A DNA stretch of 64,000 nucleotides from an uncultured Gemmatimonadales bacterium (GCA_963844035.1 CAWJMT010000004.1:128001-192000); one strand, 5' to 3'; shown: positions 1 through 13,256, counted from the stretch's first letter. Notes: generated by a model not told the origin, from the letters alone. A program made the numbers and translations.

Positions 1-82
1 TAGTCCCTTCGGTCTAGACCCCCCGATCTGAGGGCGCTGCTGATCGGGAGAGAAACCTACTAACCTATTCTACTACAACGCA

Positions 83-814
83 TTACCTCCGAGCATCAGA
101 CCAGCGATTGGTGGCATCCAGGACCGCCAGCACGGCACTGCGCTCGGCGCTCTCCCGGATCTCGCAGGTCCCCGTCAACAACTGGGCCTCGCGGCCCCCC
201 AACCCATGCACCGCCACCAGCACGAACTTCCGATCGAACGCTTCGATCAATTGGGCGCCTTCCAGGGCCACCGAGTTGTCGGGGAGCAGCTCGTCGAGGC
301 ACAGCGCGGCCGCCCGGGCCGCCGATTCCACCCGATTCCGCATCGTGTCGGTCCCCTGCTCCTCGGCCTCCGCCTCGCGATCCTCGAACCCCAATCGCAC
401 CCGCACCAACACGCGCTGCGGCCGCTCGGACGGACGCACCTCGAGACCGCGAAACACCACCACCCGCCGCTTGGCGCGCGTGGCGATCGCTTCCTGATGC
501 AACGCCTCGATCGGACGGACGTCCGACGTTTGCGCCACGCTGATCTTGCGGTGATCGATCTTGAGCCCGAGCTGCGCCATGAGCGCCGACTCGATGTTGC
601 GCACCACCTGCTTGGGCTGTACATCGCTCAACGTGAGCACGTGGACCTCGGTCACCTCGCCCTGGGGGCTGACGACGACGCGCGCCGACAGGATCCCCGT
701 CAGGCTGGTGATCAGGTTCTCGGCTCGCTTCGTGCCCCACGGGTCCGTCGGCGCGAGTGGCAGCGGATCGGACTCGGCGTCCCCCGATAGATGCGACGGC
801 TTGGAAAACGTCAC
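83..814 (-). CDS. Conserved hypothetical protein, coupled to the upstream Fe-S/GGDEF gene
   Basis: GTG at 814 follows a GGGGGAG SD and lies 2 nt after the upstream stop. About 243 aa, globular-looking (EVHVL...PKQVVRNIESAL...IDHRKISVAQ; C-terminal AVLAVLDATNR). Confidence 0.75.
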   Translation of the reverse strand: MTFSKPSHLSGDAESDPLPLAPTDPWGTKRAENLITSLTGILSARVVVSPQGEVTEVHVLTLSDVQPKQVVRNIESALMAQLGLKIDHRKISVAQTSDVRPIEALHQEAIATRAKRRVVVFRGLEVRPSERPQRVLVRVRLGFEDREAEAEEQGTDTMRNRVESAARAAALCLDELLPDNSVALEGAQLIEAFDRKFVLVAVHGLGGREAQLLTGTCEIRESAERSAVLAVLDATNRWSDARR

Positions 815-815
815 G

Positions 816-2511
816 TCAGGTCTCCCCCGTTGCGACTCGATTCCGACCCAGTTGCTTGGCACGGTACAGTGCGCGGTCGGCTGCTATCAATACGTCCTCG
901 TGCTCCGGCCCAAGCTGCGCCTCTGCGACTCCTATGCTAACGGTCACCAGCCCCTCCGGATAGCCCATGCGCCGCCCCAGCGCCTCCACCTGCGTCCGCA
1001 CCTTTTGCGCCACGGCGGTAGCGCCGGGAAGGCCGGTGCGGACCAGTACCATGACGAACTCGTCGCCCCCGTAGCGCGCCGCGAGGTCGGTGGTGCGGAT
1101 CAGCGCCTGGCACTCGCGCGCCGTGCCCCGGAGCACCTCGTTCCCAGCCTCATGGCCGAACCGGTCGTTGACCTGCTTGAAGTTGTCCAGATCGACGAAC
1201 AAGACCACGAACGTCTCCCCCGACCGCGAGCTGCGGGCGGTCTCCGTGGCGAGCCGGTCGCGCAGCACGCGGAACGTGGCCAGCCCCGTGAGGGCGTCGA
1301 TCGCGGCCTGCTGGTGCGCTTGGGTCGCCTCCTTGTCGAGATAGGGGGGGCACGCCTTGAGCGTCGTACGCCCCAGCGCCGCCGCTGCGGCGAACGCCCG
1401 ACAGGTTGCGTATCCGCACGCGCCGCAGTCCCACGGCTTGCCGTTGGACGCCATCCCGATCTGCGACAGGATCTGATCGACCGCCTCTGCCGGAGCCCCG
1501 TGTCCGTTTTGATGGAACGGGAAAACGGCACCCACGCGCACGCCATCCGCGACCGACTCCTCGACGACCGGCAAGCGGGCCCGGGCAGGCTCCGTCGCCC
1601 CGACGATCTCGCGCCTCCAAAACAAACCTTCCGGCGGCCCGATCAACGGGTGGTCAAGGCAGCCATCGCATGGCAGGATGTCGACGAACCCCAGGTCGAT
1701 CCGGTCCACCGCGACGGCACGCGCCAGGGCTTCCAGCTGGGTCAGACCACGCATCTTCCGGAACCGCCGGCTCGATTGGCGTTCCGCCATCAGCACCTCG
1801 AGCGGCAGTCCCCCCGCCGTGCTCCAATGGCGCCGCCGCTCTTCCGGCATCCGGCTGAAATGCAGCGGCTGCTCGAGGGGGCGCACCCCGGCCCGCTCGA
1901 GAATCGTCCCCAATTCCCCGAAGGTGATCGCAGCATCCACGTCCCCTCCCCCCTCAGTCACGCAGACGCCCGGCATAGACCACTGATGTGCCGGGGCCGT
2001 ACATCTGCTTGAGGTAGCGCGCCTCAGCGGCGATCGGGGTTGCCACCGGCGCGAGGTACGGGATCAGCTCGGGGTACTTGGTCCGCACCGTCTCCACGAT
2101 CACGGGACAGGTACTGCGGATCATCGTCCCCCAGCCAGTGTCGTTCCATGCCCGCAGGTACTCCCGGGCGACCAACTCGTCACCCAGGACCCCCCGGTGC
2201 ACCGTACGGAAACCCGCCGCGTAACACGCGTTGACGACCTGTTCGGGGGTGGCTGGATAGAAATGGACGGCGGATTCGACACTCAGGATGATTGTGGCAC
2301 GCCCGCCACACGCCAGCTGATACGCGCGCTCGAAGTCGCCCACGGCGATGATCGCCTCGTGGGGACAGGCGGGAAGGCACAGGCCGCACCGGGTGCACGA
2401 CTCGTCGACGATCCGGACCTTCTCGGCCTCGACAGCGACGGCGTCAGCGGGGCAAACCCGCACACAGGCATGGCACGCCACGCAACTGTCGGGCTCGACT
2501 CTAAAATCCAC
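816..2511 (-). CDS. Diguanylate cyclase with N-terminal 2x[4Fe-4S] ferredoxin, [FeFe]-hydrogenase-like and Fe-S domains (indel near 1975)
   Basis: Motifs CVACHACVRVCP, CTRCGLCLPACP, RSTCP, DILPCDGC, DCGACGYATC...CP, DLDNFKQVNDRFGH and RTTDLAARYGGDEF. Joins ORFs 1954..2511 and 816..1976. Confidence 0.88.
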
Positions 2512-2580
2512 AACTCGTCCGTTTGAAGGCCTGGGGACCGACGGCAGGGAGCCCTAACATGTTGTCTCGGTCGTACTCTC

Positions 2581-2596
2581 GCAATGGGCCGTGCCC
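2581..2596 (-). promoter_or_regulatory. Possible sigma-54 -24/-12 promoter of the Fe-S/GGDEF gene (one base too long)
   Basis: GGGCACGGCCCATTGC versus consensus TGGCACG-N4-TTGC. The extra base falls in a C run. Confidence 0.35.
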
Positions 2597-2623
2597 ACGC
2601 GACTTAGGCCGTCTGCGACGGAC

Positions 2624-4120
2624 CTAAACGAGGGCGTACTCCTTCAGTTTGCGGTACAAGGTGCGCTCCCCAATTCCCAAGATCTCGGCCGCCTTGCGGC
2701 GGTTTCCTTTGGTCTCCCGGAGCGCCGCCTCGATGGTCGCCCGCTCAACATCGGCCATGCTCATGCCGCGCCGGTACAGCACGTTGGCATCGGAGGTCGT
2801 TTCGGCGTCAATCGACGTAACCGGGGCCCCCTGGCCAACTTCGATCACCTCGACCCGCTGGGGCCGATCCTCCAAACGACGGCGGAGGTCCTCAACCTGC
2901 AATTTCAGTTCCACCAAACTGCGGAAGATGAACTCCAGCTCCCGCCCCGGGACGTCCCGCCCCGGGCCCAACACCCGCACCGGGAGGCGGGTACCGTGCT
3001 CGCGAATGTCGGCCGGAATGTCGTCAGCGCGGATTTCCCCCTCGGGCGCCAACACCACCATCGATTCCACGAGGTTCCGCAGCTGCCGCACGTTCCCGGG
3101 CCACTCGGCGTTGACGAGGATCTGCAACGCTTCGGGGGTGATGCCGCGGAACTGACGCTCGTGCGCAGCCGCGAACTCGGCGATGAAGCGCCGCACCAGG
3201 ATCGGGATGTCCCCCCGCCGCTCCCGCAGCGGCGGTAGATCCACGTGGAGCACATTGAGGCGATAGAAGAGGTCGTCGCGGAACTCGCCGACGCTGACCG
3301 CTTGCTTGAGCGGCTTGTTCGTCGCCGCGATCACGCGCACGTCCACCCGGATCGGCTGCACGCCGCCGACGCGGAAGAACGTGCGGTCCTCGAGCACGCG
3401 CAGCAGCTTCACCTGCGTCGCCGGCGGCATCTCGCCGACTTCGTCGAGCAGGATCGTCCCCGTGTCCGCGAGCTCGAACCGCCCCAGGCGCCGCTCGGTC
3501 GCGCCCGTGAACGATCCCTTTTCGTGCCCGAACAGCTCGCTCTCGAGCAGCGTATCGGGCAGCGCCGCGCAGTTCACCGCGATGAACGGCTTGCCGCGCC
3601 GCTGCGAGAGGTCGTGGATGCCGCGCGCCACCAGCTCCTTGCCGGTTCCCGACTCCCCCTCGATCAACACGGTGGCGGTGACGGGCGCCATCTGCTCGAT
3701 CTTGACGAGCACTTCCTGGATGGCGGGGGATTCCCCGATGATCCCGGTGCGGTGCTGCAGCTTGCGCCGCTCGATCACGCGGCGAACGGTGGCGACGACT
3801 TCGTCCGGATCGGCGGGCTTGACGATCCACGCCGTGAGCCCGAGCCGGCGCGCGAGCCCGGTCGCATCCGGTTCGGTCGCCTCCACCATGCCGAGCGTCG
3901 AGACCGCGCGATCGTGCGCGAGCGCGATGAGATGGACGGCCGGGGCGTCGTGGAGCCCGCCGGTGAGAATGATGCAGTCCGGGTCCCGGCGCTGCACGGC
4001 GTGCCGCACGTCGTCCAGGGACGACGTCAGCGTCGTCTCGAAACCCGCCGCCTCGAGCTGTGCGTTGACCCGCACGGCGTGCTCGAGATCATCGGTCGTC
4101 AGGAGGATGCGATCGGCCAT
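2624..4120 (-). CDS. Sigma-54-dependent activator (NtrC/Fis family) with atypical receiver domain
   Basis: GESGTGKE, GSFTGA, LLDEVGEM, WPGNVRQL and a Fis HTH. The receiver reads PDCIILTGG, with no phosphoacceptor Asp. Confidence 0.92.
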   Translation of the reverse strand: MADRILLTTDDLEHAVRVNAQLEAAGFETTLTSSLDDVRHAVQRRDPDCIILTGGLHDAPAVHLIALAHDRAVSTLGMVEATEPDATGLARRLGLTAWIVKPADPDEVVATVRRVIERRKLQHRTGIIGESPAIQEVLVKIEQMAPVTATVLIEGESGTGKELVARGIHDLSQRRGKPFIAVNCAALPDTLLESELFGHEKGSFTGATERRLGRFELADTGTILLDEVGEMPPATQVKLLRVLEDRTFFRVGGVQPIRVDVRVIAATNKPLKQAVSVGEFRDDLFYRLNVLHVDLPPLRERRGDIPILVRRFIAEFAAAHERQFRGITPEALQILVNAEWPGNVRQLRNLVESMVVLAPEGEIRADDIPADIREHGTRLPVRVLGPGRDVPGRELEFIFRSLVELKLQVEDLRRRLEDRPQRVEVIEVGQGAPVTSIDAETTSDANVLYRRGMSMADVERATIEAALRETKGNRRKAAEILGIGERTLYRKLKEYALV

Positions 4121-4142
4121 CAGTACGCGACCTCGGTCCGGC

Positions 4143-5262
4143 TCAGCCGGCGGCCACCGCCCGGTACGTGCGGCGCGGCACGAATGGGAGCGCCGCGACT
4201 TCGGCTGCCACGCGGTTCCCGCGGACGTCGATCGTGAAGCGCGTGCCGGCCCGGGCCTGCTCCACCGGGAGGTAGGTCATCCCGACGGAGCAGTTGGCGG
4301 TGGGCGTCACGGTGCCGCTGCGGACGACGTCCACTTTGCGGTCGTCCACGTACACGTCGTACCCGGGCCGCGCCACGGCGCGCGGCTCGACGACCTTGAA
4401 ACCGACGAGCCGGCGCTTCACGCCGGCAGCCTTCTGCTGCCTGAGCGGAGCCGATCCCCACGAAATCGGCGCCCTTGTCGAGCTTGACGATCCAGCCGAG
4501 GCCGGCTTCGAGCGGCGTCACAGTGGCATCGATGTCGTGGCCGTACAAGGGATAGCCTGCCTCGAGCCGCAGCGTGTCGCGCGCGCCGAGTCCGCACGGC
4601 ACGGCGCGCCCCTGGCCCACGAGCGCGTACCACAGCGTTTCCAGATCGCCCGCCCGGCAGTACAACTCGAAGCCGTCTTCCCCGGTGTAGCCGGTCCGCG
4701 AGATGAAGCACTCCTTGCCGGCGACCTTCCCCTCGACAAAGTGGTAGTAGGGGAGCAGCTCGATGCCGGCGGGCGTGAGCGGCGCGAGCAGCGCCTTCGC
4801 GCCGGGGCCCTGGACCGCGAGCAGCCCGGTCTCGTCCGAGATGTCGCGCAGGCGCACGTTGGCGCCGCGCTTGTGGGAGACCACCTGTTCCCAGTCGGTC
4901 GCGATGTTCGCGGCATTCACCACGAGCATCAGCTTGTCGTCGAACCGGTACACGACACAGTCGTCCACGAACGTGCCCTGGTCCGTCAGCAGCGCGGAGT
5001 ACTGCGCCTGGCCGGGCTTGAGCGCGCCGACGTCGTTGCAGGTAACGCGCTGCACGAATGCGTTGCGATCGGGACCCGTGACCTCGAACTCGCCCATGTG
5101 CGAGATGTCGAACACCCCGACGCCTTCCCGCACCGCGCGGTGCTCGGCGGCGATGCCCTCCCGGTATTGCACCGGCATCTCGAATCCGCCGAACGGTACG
5201 AGTTTCGCCCCGAGGCTCGCGTGCAGGGCGTAGAGCGGCGTGCGCTTCAAGTCGGTGGTCAA
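4143..5262 (-). CDS. gcvT: Glycine cleavage system aminomethyltransferase T (indel near 4450)
   Basis: LKRTPLY, FDISHMGE, SRTGYTGEDGFE and GLGARDTLRLEAG. The C-terminus is in ORF 4143..4421. Confidence 0.95.
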
Positions 5263-5280
5263 GGTTCCCTCGCGTCCCGG

Positions 5281-6186
5281 TCAGCCCATCAACGTGGCAA
5301 GTAACGCCTTCTGAACGTGCAGTCGGTTCTCGGCTTCATCCCACACCCGCGACTGAGGCCCTTCGAACACGCTCGTGGTCACCTCTTCCCCCCGGTGCGC
5401 GGGCAGGCAATGCAGGAAGATGGCCCCGGGCTGGGCGAGCTTCATCAACTCCGCATCGACCGTGTACCCCCGGAAGGCGTCGCGGCGGACCGCAGCCTCG
5501 TCTTCCTGCCCCATGGACGCCCACACGTCGGTGTTCACGACGTCGGCGCCCTCGACCGCCTCCTCGGGCGTTTCCGTTATCGTGAGGCACGCACCGGCGC
5601 GGGCCCGCGCGCGCTCAAGCACCGCCCGGTCGGGTTCGAACCCCTTCGGACAGGCGAGCCGCAGCTCGACGCCCAGCACGCCCGCGGCGTCGATCCAGCT
5701 GTTCGCCATGTTGTTCCCGTCCCCGACCCACGCCACCCGCTTGCCTTCCCAGCCCCCCAGCGCCTCCTTGACCGTGAACAGGTCCGCCAACACCTGGCAG
5801 GGATGCAGCAGATCGGTCAACCCGTTGATCACGGGGACGAGGGCACAGCGCGCCAGCTCCTCGGCTTCGCCGTGGTCGAACGTCCGGATCATGATCCCGT
5901 CGACGTAGCGGGACAGGACGCGGGCGGTGTCGGAGATCGGCTCCCCACGGCCGAGCTGGATGTCCTTCGAGGACAGGAACAGCGCCTGACCGCCCAGCTG
6001 GTACGTCCCGACTTCGAACGACACCCGGGTGCGGGTGCTCGACTTGGCGAAGATCATGGCCAGCGTCTTGCCCGCGAGCGGCGTGTCGCGGTAGGCGCGC
6101 TTCTTCATGCGACCCGCCAGGTCCATCAGGCGCCCGATCTCCTCCCTCGTGAGGTCGGCAATCGCAAGAAAATCCCGCTTGGCCAT
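5281..6186 (-). CDS. argF: Ornithine carbamoyltransferase
   Basis: SSTRTRVSF, HPCQ, DVWASMG and HCLPAHRG motifs. Confidence 0.97.
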   Translation of the reverse strand: MAKRDFLAIADLTREEIGRLMDLAGRMKKRAYRDTPLAGKTLAMIFAKSSTRTRVSFEVGTYQLGGQALFLSSKDIQLGRGEPISDTARVLSRYVDGIMIRTFDHGEAEELARCALVPVINGLTDLLHPCQVLADLFTVKEALGGWEGKRVAWVGDGNNMANSWIDAAGVLGVELRLACPKGFEPDRAVLERARARAGACLTITETPEEAVEGADVVNTDVWASMGQEDEAAVRRDAFRGYTVDAELMKLAQPGAIFLHCLPAHRGEEVTTSVFEGPQSRVWDEAENRLHVQKALLATLMG

Positions 6187-6264
6187 GGATTCCCTAGAGG
6201 CAGGTCAAAATGACAGTCCCCGGGAGGATTTTAGCCCGCCCGGGGACCGGTGACAAGGCTGACG

Positions 6265-7787
<1,523 letters not shown>

Positions 7788-7788
<1 letters not shown>

Positions 7789-8327
7789 TACAGCTCCAGC
7801 ACGGTGATGTGGGTGTTGGTGTACACGCAGATCTCCGCCGCGATCTCGAGGGAGCGCTGCACGATCTCCTTCGCCGACAGGGCCGACGCGCTCAGCATCG
7901 CGCGCGCCGCGGCCAGGGCGTAGGTCCCACCCGAGCCGATCGCGAGGACGCCGTCGTCGGGCTCGATCAGCTCGCCCGAGCCGCTGATGACATACCCGTG
8001 CTCGCGGTCCGCGACGACGAGCAGGGCCTCGAGCCGGCGCAGCACGCGGTCGGAACGCCAGTCCTTGGCCAGCTCGACCGCGGCGCGCGGCAGGTTGCCG
8101 GGGTAGCGCTCGAGTTTCTCCTCGAATTTCTCGAACAGCGTGAACGCATCCGCCGCCGCGCCCGCGAATCCGGCCAGGATCTTGCCTCCCTTGAGGGTGC
8201 GGACCTTGTTGGCGTTCGCCTTCATCACGGTGTCGCCGATCGTGACCTGACCGTCGCCCCCGAGGGCGACGTGCGAGTCCCGGCGAACGCACAGGATGGT
8301 CGTGCTGTGAATGCTTGGAAAGCTCAC
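7788..8327 (-). CDS. hslV: HslUV protease peptidase subunit
   Basis: HSTTIL with the catalytic Thr, GDGQVT, AGFAG and AIGSGG. Confidence 0.97.
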
Positions 8328-8343
8328 CCGCCAGGTCCTTTCG

Positions 8344-9258
8344 TTAGGCCCGCGGATGGGCCCGATGGTACACCTTCTTGAGTCGCTCCACAGAAGTATG
8401 AGTATACACCTGCGTGGTGCTCAATGAGGCGTGTCCCAACAGCTCCTGCACGGCGCGCAGGTCGGCCCCCGCATCGAGCAAATGCGTCGCGAAGGAGTGT
8501 CGCAGGGCGTGGACGTGAAGATCGCGGCCGCGCGCCAGCTCGCCGAACAACCCCTTCATCGCCAGCTGCACGCCGCGTGGCGTGAGACGGCGGCCGCGCT
8601 GGTTCAGAAAGATGGCGCGTCGATCGCCGGCCGTTACGCCGAGCAACGCGTCACGGTGGCGATAGTAGCGCCGTAGCGCGGCGCCGGCCGGACCTCCGAT
8701 CGGCACGATGCGCTCCTTCCGGCCCTTGCCCCGCACCTTGACCTGGTCCGACACCAGATCGACGTCCGCTTCGTTCAAGCCGGCAAGCTCCGACAGGCGC
8801 ACCCCGGCCGAGTAGAAAATTTCGAGCATCGCCAGGTCGCGGGCCTGTTTGAAACCTCCCGCCGCGGCGCGGTGCTCCGCCGCCGAGAACAGCATCGCGA
8901 CTTCGGCCCGATCGAGATGGGTCGGCAGGGTGCGGGGCAGCTTGGGTGTGCGGGCGGCCTTCGCCGGGTTTACCTCGATGCCATGCGCGAGGTTCAGGAA
9001 CCGATAAAACGTGCGCAGCGCCGACAGGGCGCGCGCGATGGAGCGCTTCCCCAGCCCCTGCTGCTGCAGCGCGCCGAGGTAGCCCCGGATCGCCAGCCGG
9101 TCAACGCCGGCCCAGCGCCACGGTCCCGCGTAGAAGCGCCCGCAGAACTCGGCGAAGTTCGTGACGTCCCGCGTGTAGGCCGTGACAGTGTGGGGCGAGT
9201 CGTTGCGCTCCTTGGTGAGGAATGCGACGAACTCGGCGATCTCCTGTGCGCCGGTCAT
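8344..9258 (-). CDS. xerC: Chromosomal tyrosine recombinase XerC
   Basis: [29 protein letters not shown] and TTQVYTH, in a topA-trmFO-xerC-hslVU context. Confidence 0.92.
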   Translation of the reverse strand: MTGAQEIAEFVAFLTKERNDSPHTVTAYTRDVTNFAEFCGRFYAGPWRWAGVDRLAIRGYLGALQQQGLGKRSIARALSALRTFYRFLNLAHGIEVNPAKAARTPKLPRTLPTHLDRAEVAMLFSAAEHRAAAGGFKQARDLAMLEIFYSAGVRLSELAGLNEADVDLVSDQVKVRGKGRKERIVPIGGPAGAALRRYYRHRDALLGVTAGDRRAIFLNQRGRRLTPRGVQLAMKGLFGELARGRDLHVHALRHSFATHLLDAGADLRAVQELLGHASLSTTQVYTHTSVERLKKVYHRAHPRA

Positions 9259-9270
9259 GCTCTCCCCCGA

Positions 9271-9372
9271 CCTCACCCCCTGACCCCCTCTCCACAACGT
9301 GGAGAGGGGGAACGACATCTACACGTTCGTCCCCCCTCTCCGCATTGGCGGAGAGGGGGTCAGGGGGTGAGG
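9271..9372. repeat. REP/REPIN-like palindromic doublet
   Basis: Perfect 23-bp inverted ends CCTCACCCCCTGACCCCCTCTCC (9271-9293 and 9350-9372). Two internal 12-bp hairpins at 9284-9310 and 9332-9359. Confidence 0.85.
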
Positions 9373-10673
9373 CCAGCCGCGTCGCGAACACGTCCATCTC
9401 CGCCACCGCCCGCTGGATCAGGAGATCCCGCCGTTTCGTCTTGTCCTTCACCGGCCGGTCCAGCGGTTCGAGCAGGCCGAAGTTGGCGTTCATCGGCTGG
9501 AAATGCGCCGGATCGGCTTCGCGCAGGTAGCGGTACAGGGCGCCCAACATGGTGGTGGGCGGCGGCACGAGCGGATCCTCGCCCGCGAGCAGGCGCGCCA
9601 GGTTCCTCCCGGCGAGCATGCCGGTGGCCGCGGACTCCGTGTACCCCTCGACCCCCGTGAGCTGACCCGCGAACAAGACCTGCGGGTCGTCCCGGGTCGA
9701 GAGATGGGGTGTGAGCGCCTGCGGCGCATTGATGTACGAGTTGCGGTGGATGCTGCCGTAGCGCAGGAACTCCGCGTGCGCGAGGCCCGGGATGAGACGC
9801 AGCACGCGCTGTTGCTCGGCGATCCGCATCCGCGTCTGAAATCCCACCAGGTTCCACATCTGCGCGGCCCGGTCTTCCTGGCGGAGCTGCACCACGGCGA
9901 ACGGGATCCGGCCGGTGCGGGGGTCAGGGCAGGCCGACGGGCTTCATGGGCCCGAACCGCAGCGTGTCGCGGCCGCGACGCACCATTTCCTCGACCGGGA
10001 GGCAGCCTTCGAAGTAGGGTGCGCGATCGAAGTCGTGCTGCGGTTCGTACTGGTCGGCGCTGCCGAGCGCCGCGAGCAGTGCATCGTACTCGGGCTCGGT
10101 GAGCGGGGCGTTCAGATAGTCGTCGCCGCCGCCCTTCCCGTAGCGGGAGGCGCGGAACAGCAGCTCGTGGTCGAGCGAATCGGCCGCGACGATCGGCGCG
10201 ATGGCGTCGAAGAAGGCGAGCGCCGCCACGCCCAGCCGCTGCGCCACCGCCTGGCCGAGGGCTTCGGAGGTCAGCGGACCGGTGGCGATGACGCCGGGCG
10301 ACGGAAGGTCCGTCACTTCCCCGCGCACCAGCGTGATGAGGGGGTGCGCGGCGATGCGAGTCTGGACCGCTTCGGCAAACACCGCCCGGTCCACCGCAAG
10401 GGCGGAGCCGCCCGGAACGCGAGCCCGATCGGCGGCCTCCAGTACGACGCTCCCCAAACGCCGCATTTCGGCCTTGAGCAGGCCGTGCGCGGTCGTTAGC
10501 TCCTCGGACTTGAAAGAGTTGCTGCAGACGAGCTCGGCAAGACGATCGGTCTGGTGTGCAGCCGTCATGCGGACCGGTCGCATCTCGTGCAGCGTGACGT
10601 CGACGCCCCGCTCCGCCAGGGCCCACGCCGCTTCGCTCCCTGCGAGTCCGCCTCCGACGACTACGGCGGTCAG
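9360..10673 (-). CDS. trmFO: Folate-dependent tRNA (uracil-54) methyltransferase (indel near 9920; ends approximate)
   Basis: [45 protein letters not shown] and FQPMNANFG. Confidence 0.93.
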
Positions 10674-13217
10674 GTCGCGACCGACTCCGCCGGAGCGCCT
10701 TCCAGGAGCGGTTCTTCGTGCAGACACTTCAGACACTTGCGATACGCCCCCGTCGCCTTGGTTTTCTTGTGCTCCATTCCCAGGTAGCCGCAGTTGGGGC
10801 AGATCTCGGGCACGGGGCGATTCCAGACAGAGAAGTCACACTCGGGGTAGCGCAGGCACCCGAAAAAGTTGCGTCCTTTCTTCGTGCGCCGCTCGGCCAG
10901 ATCGCCCACGGTGCACTTCGGACACTTGATGCCGAGCGGCACCGGGCGCGTGTGCTTGCACTTGGGATAGGTGGTGCACGCCAGGAATTCGCCGAATCGC
11001 CCGGTCTTGATCACCATGGGCGACCCGCACTCCTTGCAGATCTCGTCCGACGGCCGGTCGGGGACCCGGTCCTTCTTGAGTGACCTGGTGAAGGTGCACG
11101 GGTCGGGATAGTTGACGCACGCGATGAATGGACCGAAGCGGCCGCTCTTCAGAATCACGTGGCTCGCGCAGAGCGGACACCGCTCCTCATCCAGCTTGGA
11201 CAGAGTCGTGCGTGTCCCGGATCAGCTGCGGCATGTCCACCGCCGCCAGCGCCGTCGAGAACGGGGTCCAGAACTCCGCGAGCACCTGCTGCCAGCCGAC
11301 GTCGCCTTCTTCCACCTTGTCGAGCTCGGACTCCATCAGCGCGGTGAACCCCACGTTGAACGTGTCGGGGAACACGCGCAGCATGATGCGACACACGGTC
11401 TCGCCCAGATCCGTCGGCGTGAACCGGCGATCCTTGGTGGTGGCGTACCATCGTGCCTGCAGCGTCGAAATAATGGTCGCGTACGTTGACGGGCGTCCGA
11501 TGCCGAGGCGCTCGAGCTCTTTCACCAGGCTCGCCTCGCTGAAACGCGGCGGCGGCTCCGTGAAGTGCTGGCTGGGCGTGATCTTTTGGACAGCGACCCG
11601 ATCACCGGCAACCAGGACGGGGATCGGCGCCAGGTCCTCGAGGCTCTTGCCCTCCTCCGGCTCATGCGCCTCATGGTAGAGGACGTGGTAGCCGTCGAAC
11701 AGCACGCGTGAGCCCGTGGCCCGGAACAGACAGCGGCCGAGATCGAAGTCCACGGTCGTCGTCTCGTACTGCGTCGGTGTCATTTGCGAGGCGACGAAGC
11801 GTCTCCAAATGAGCTGGTAGAGCTTGAACAGGTCCGCTTCCAGGTACTGCTGCACATCCTCGGGACGCCGCATCACCTCGGTGGGCCGGACCGCTTCATG
11901 CGCGTCCTGCACCCGCGACTGTGCCCCCTTGGTGCTGCCGTACACGTTCGGGATCTCGGGCAAGTATCGCTTGTCGAACTGCGCGCCGATGAACTCGCGT
12001 GCCTGGGTGATCGCGGAATCGGCCACGCGGACGGAATCGGTCCGCATGTAGGTGATCAAGCCGACCTGCCCTTCCGCGCCGACTTCCTGGCCCTCGTAGA
12101 GGCCCTGGGCGGCGCGCATGGTCCGCTTGGCGGAAAACCCGAGCTGCTTGGCGGCTTCCTGCTGCAGGGTGCTCGTCGTGAAGGGGGCGGACGGGCGCTT
12201 CTTGCGCTCCTTGCGCGCCACCTCCGTGACGACGAATGGGACCTTCAGCGCCTCGTCGACGATCGCCTGGGCGGTCGCGGCGTCCTTGATCTCGGGCTTG
12301 TGCCCGTCGAGCTTGTGGAGCCGCGCCTGGAATGTCTGGCCGTCCTTCTCGAGGTCGGCCTCGATGGTCCAGTACTCCTGCGCCACGAACTTCCGGATCG
12401 CATCCTCACGCTCGACGATGAGCCGCAGCGCCACGGTCTGCACCCGTCCGGCTGACAGCCCCGTCTTCAGACTCTTCCAGAGAATCGGCGACGCCTTGTA
12501 GCCCACTAAACGATCGAGCACGCGCCGCGCCTGCTGGGCATCGACCTTTTTCTGGTCGATGTCCACCGGATGGGCAAGCGCCAGGGCGACCGCGTCCTTG
12601 GTGATCTCGTGAAACAAGACGCGCCGTACGTTCGGGCCATTGCCGACCTGCTCGGCGACGTGCCAGGCGATGGCCTCACCTTCGCGGTCGGGGTCGGTCG
12701 CGATCAGTACGCGGTCCGATACCTTGGCGGCCTTCTTGATCTCCGCGAGCGTCTTGGTCTTGCCCTTGATCGTGACGTACTTCGGGACGAAGCCATGCTC
12801 CACGTCGACCCCAAGCTCGCGCTTGGGAAGGTCGCGCACATGGCCCACGGTGGCCTTCACCGTGTACCCCTGCCCGAGGTACTTCCCGATCGTCTTCGCT
12901 TTGGTGGGAGACTCGACGATGACCAGCGAGAGGCCGTGGCCCGCGCCATTCCCGCCGGTGGTCCCCTTGGCGCGGGACCGCCGCTTGGGCTTGGCGTCGG
13001 CCTCAGCCGGCGGGGCCTCCGCCTCGGTTGCATCCGCAACCTCGGGCGCAGGCTTGGCGCGAACGCGGCGCTTCGGCTTGGGCGTCGCTTCGACCGGCGG
13101 AGCAGAGGCTTCCGCCCCCGCCTTCGCGCGCGAACGGCGCTTGGGCTTGGTCTCGGCCGGGACCGGCGAGGCTTCTATGTCCGTGGCGTCGAGCTTCACG
13201 CCGTCTTCGTTAGCCAT
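10670..13217 (-). CDS. topA: DNA topoisomerase I with basic N-terminal extension and C-terminal Zn ribbons (indel near 11180)
   Basis: [34 protein letters not shown] and GIGRPSTY. The C4 ribbons are in ORF 10670..11158. Confidence 0.96.
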
Positions 13218-13256
13218 CACGCATCAACCTTTCATCAACAGACGCGATCGGCATCC

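Noticed and set aside
8344..9258. Prophage or island integrase
   Set aside because: It sits in the standard topA-trmFO-xerC-hslVU context with no mobile cargo.
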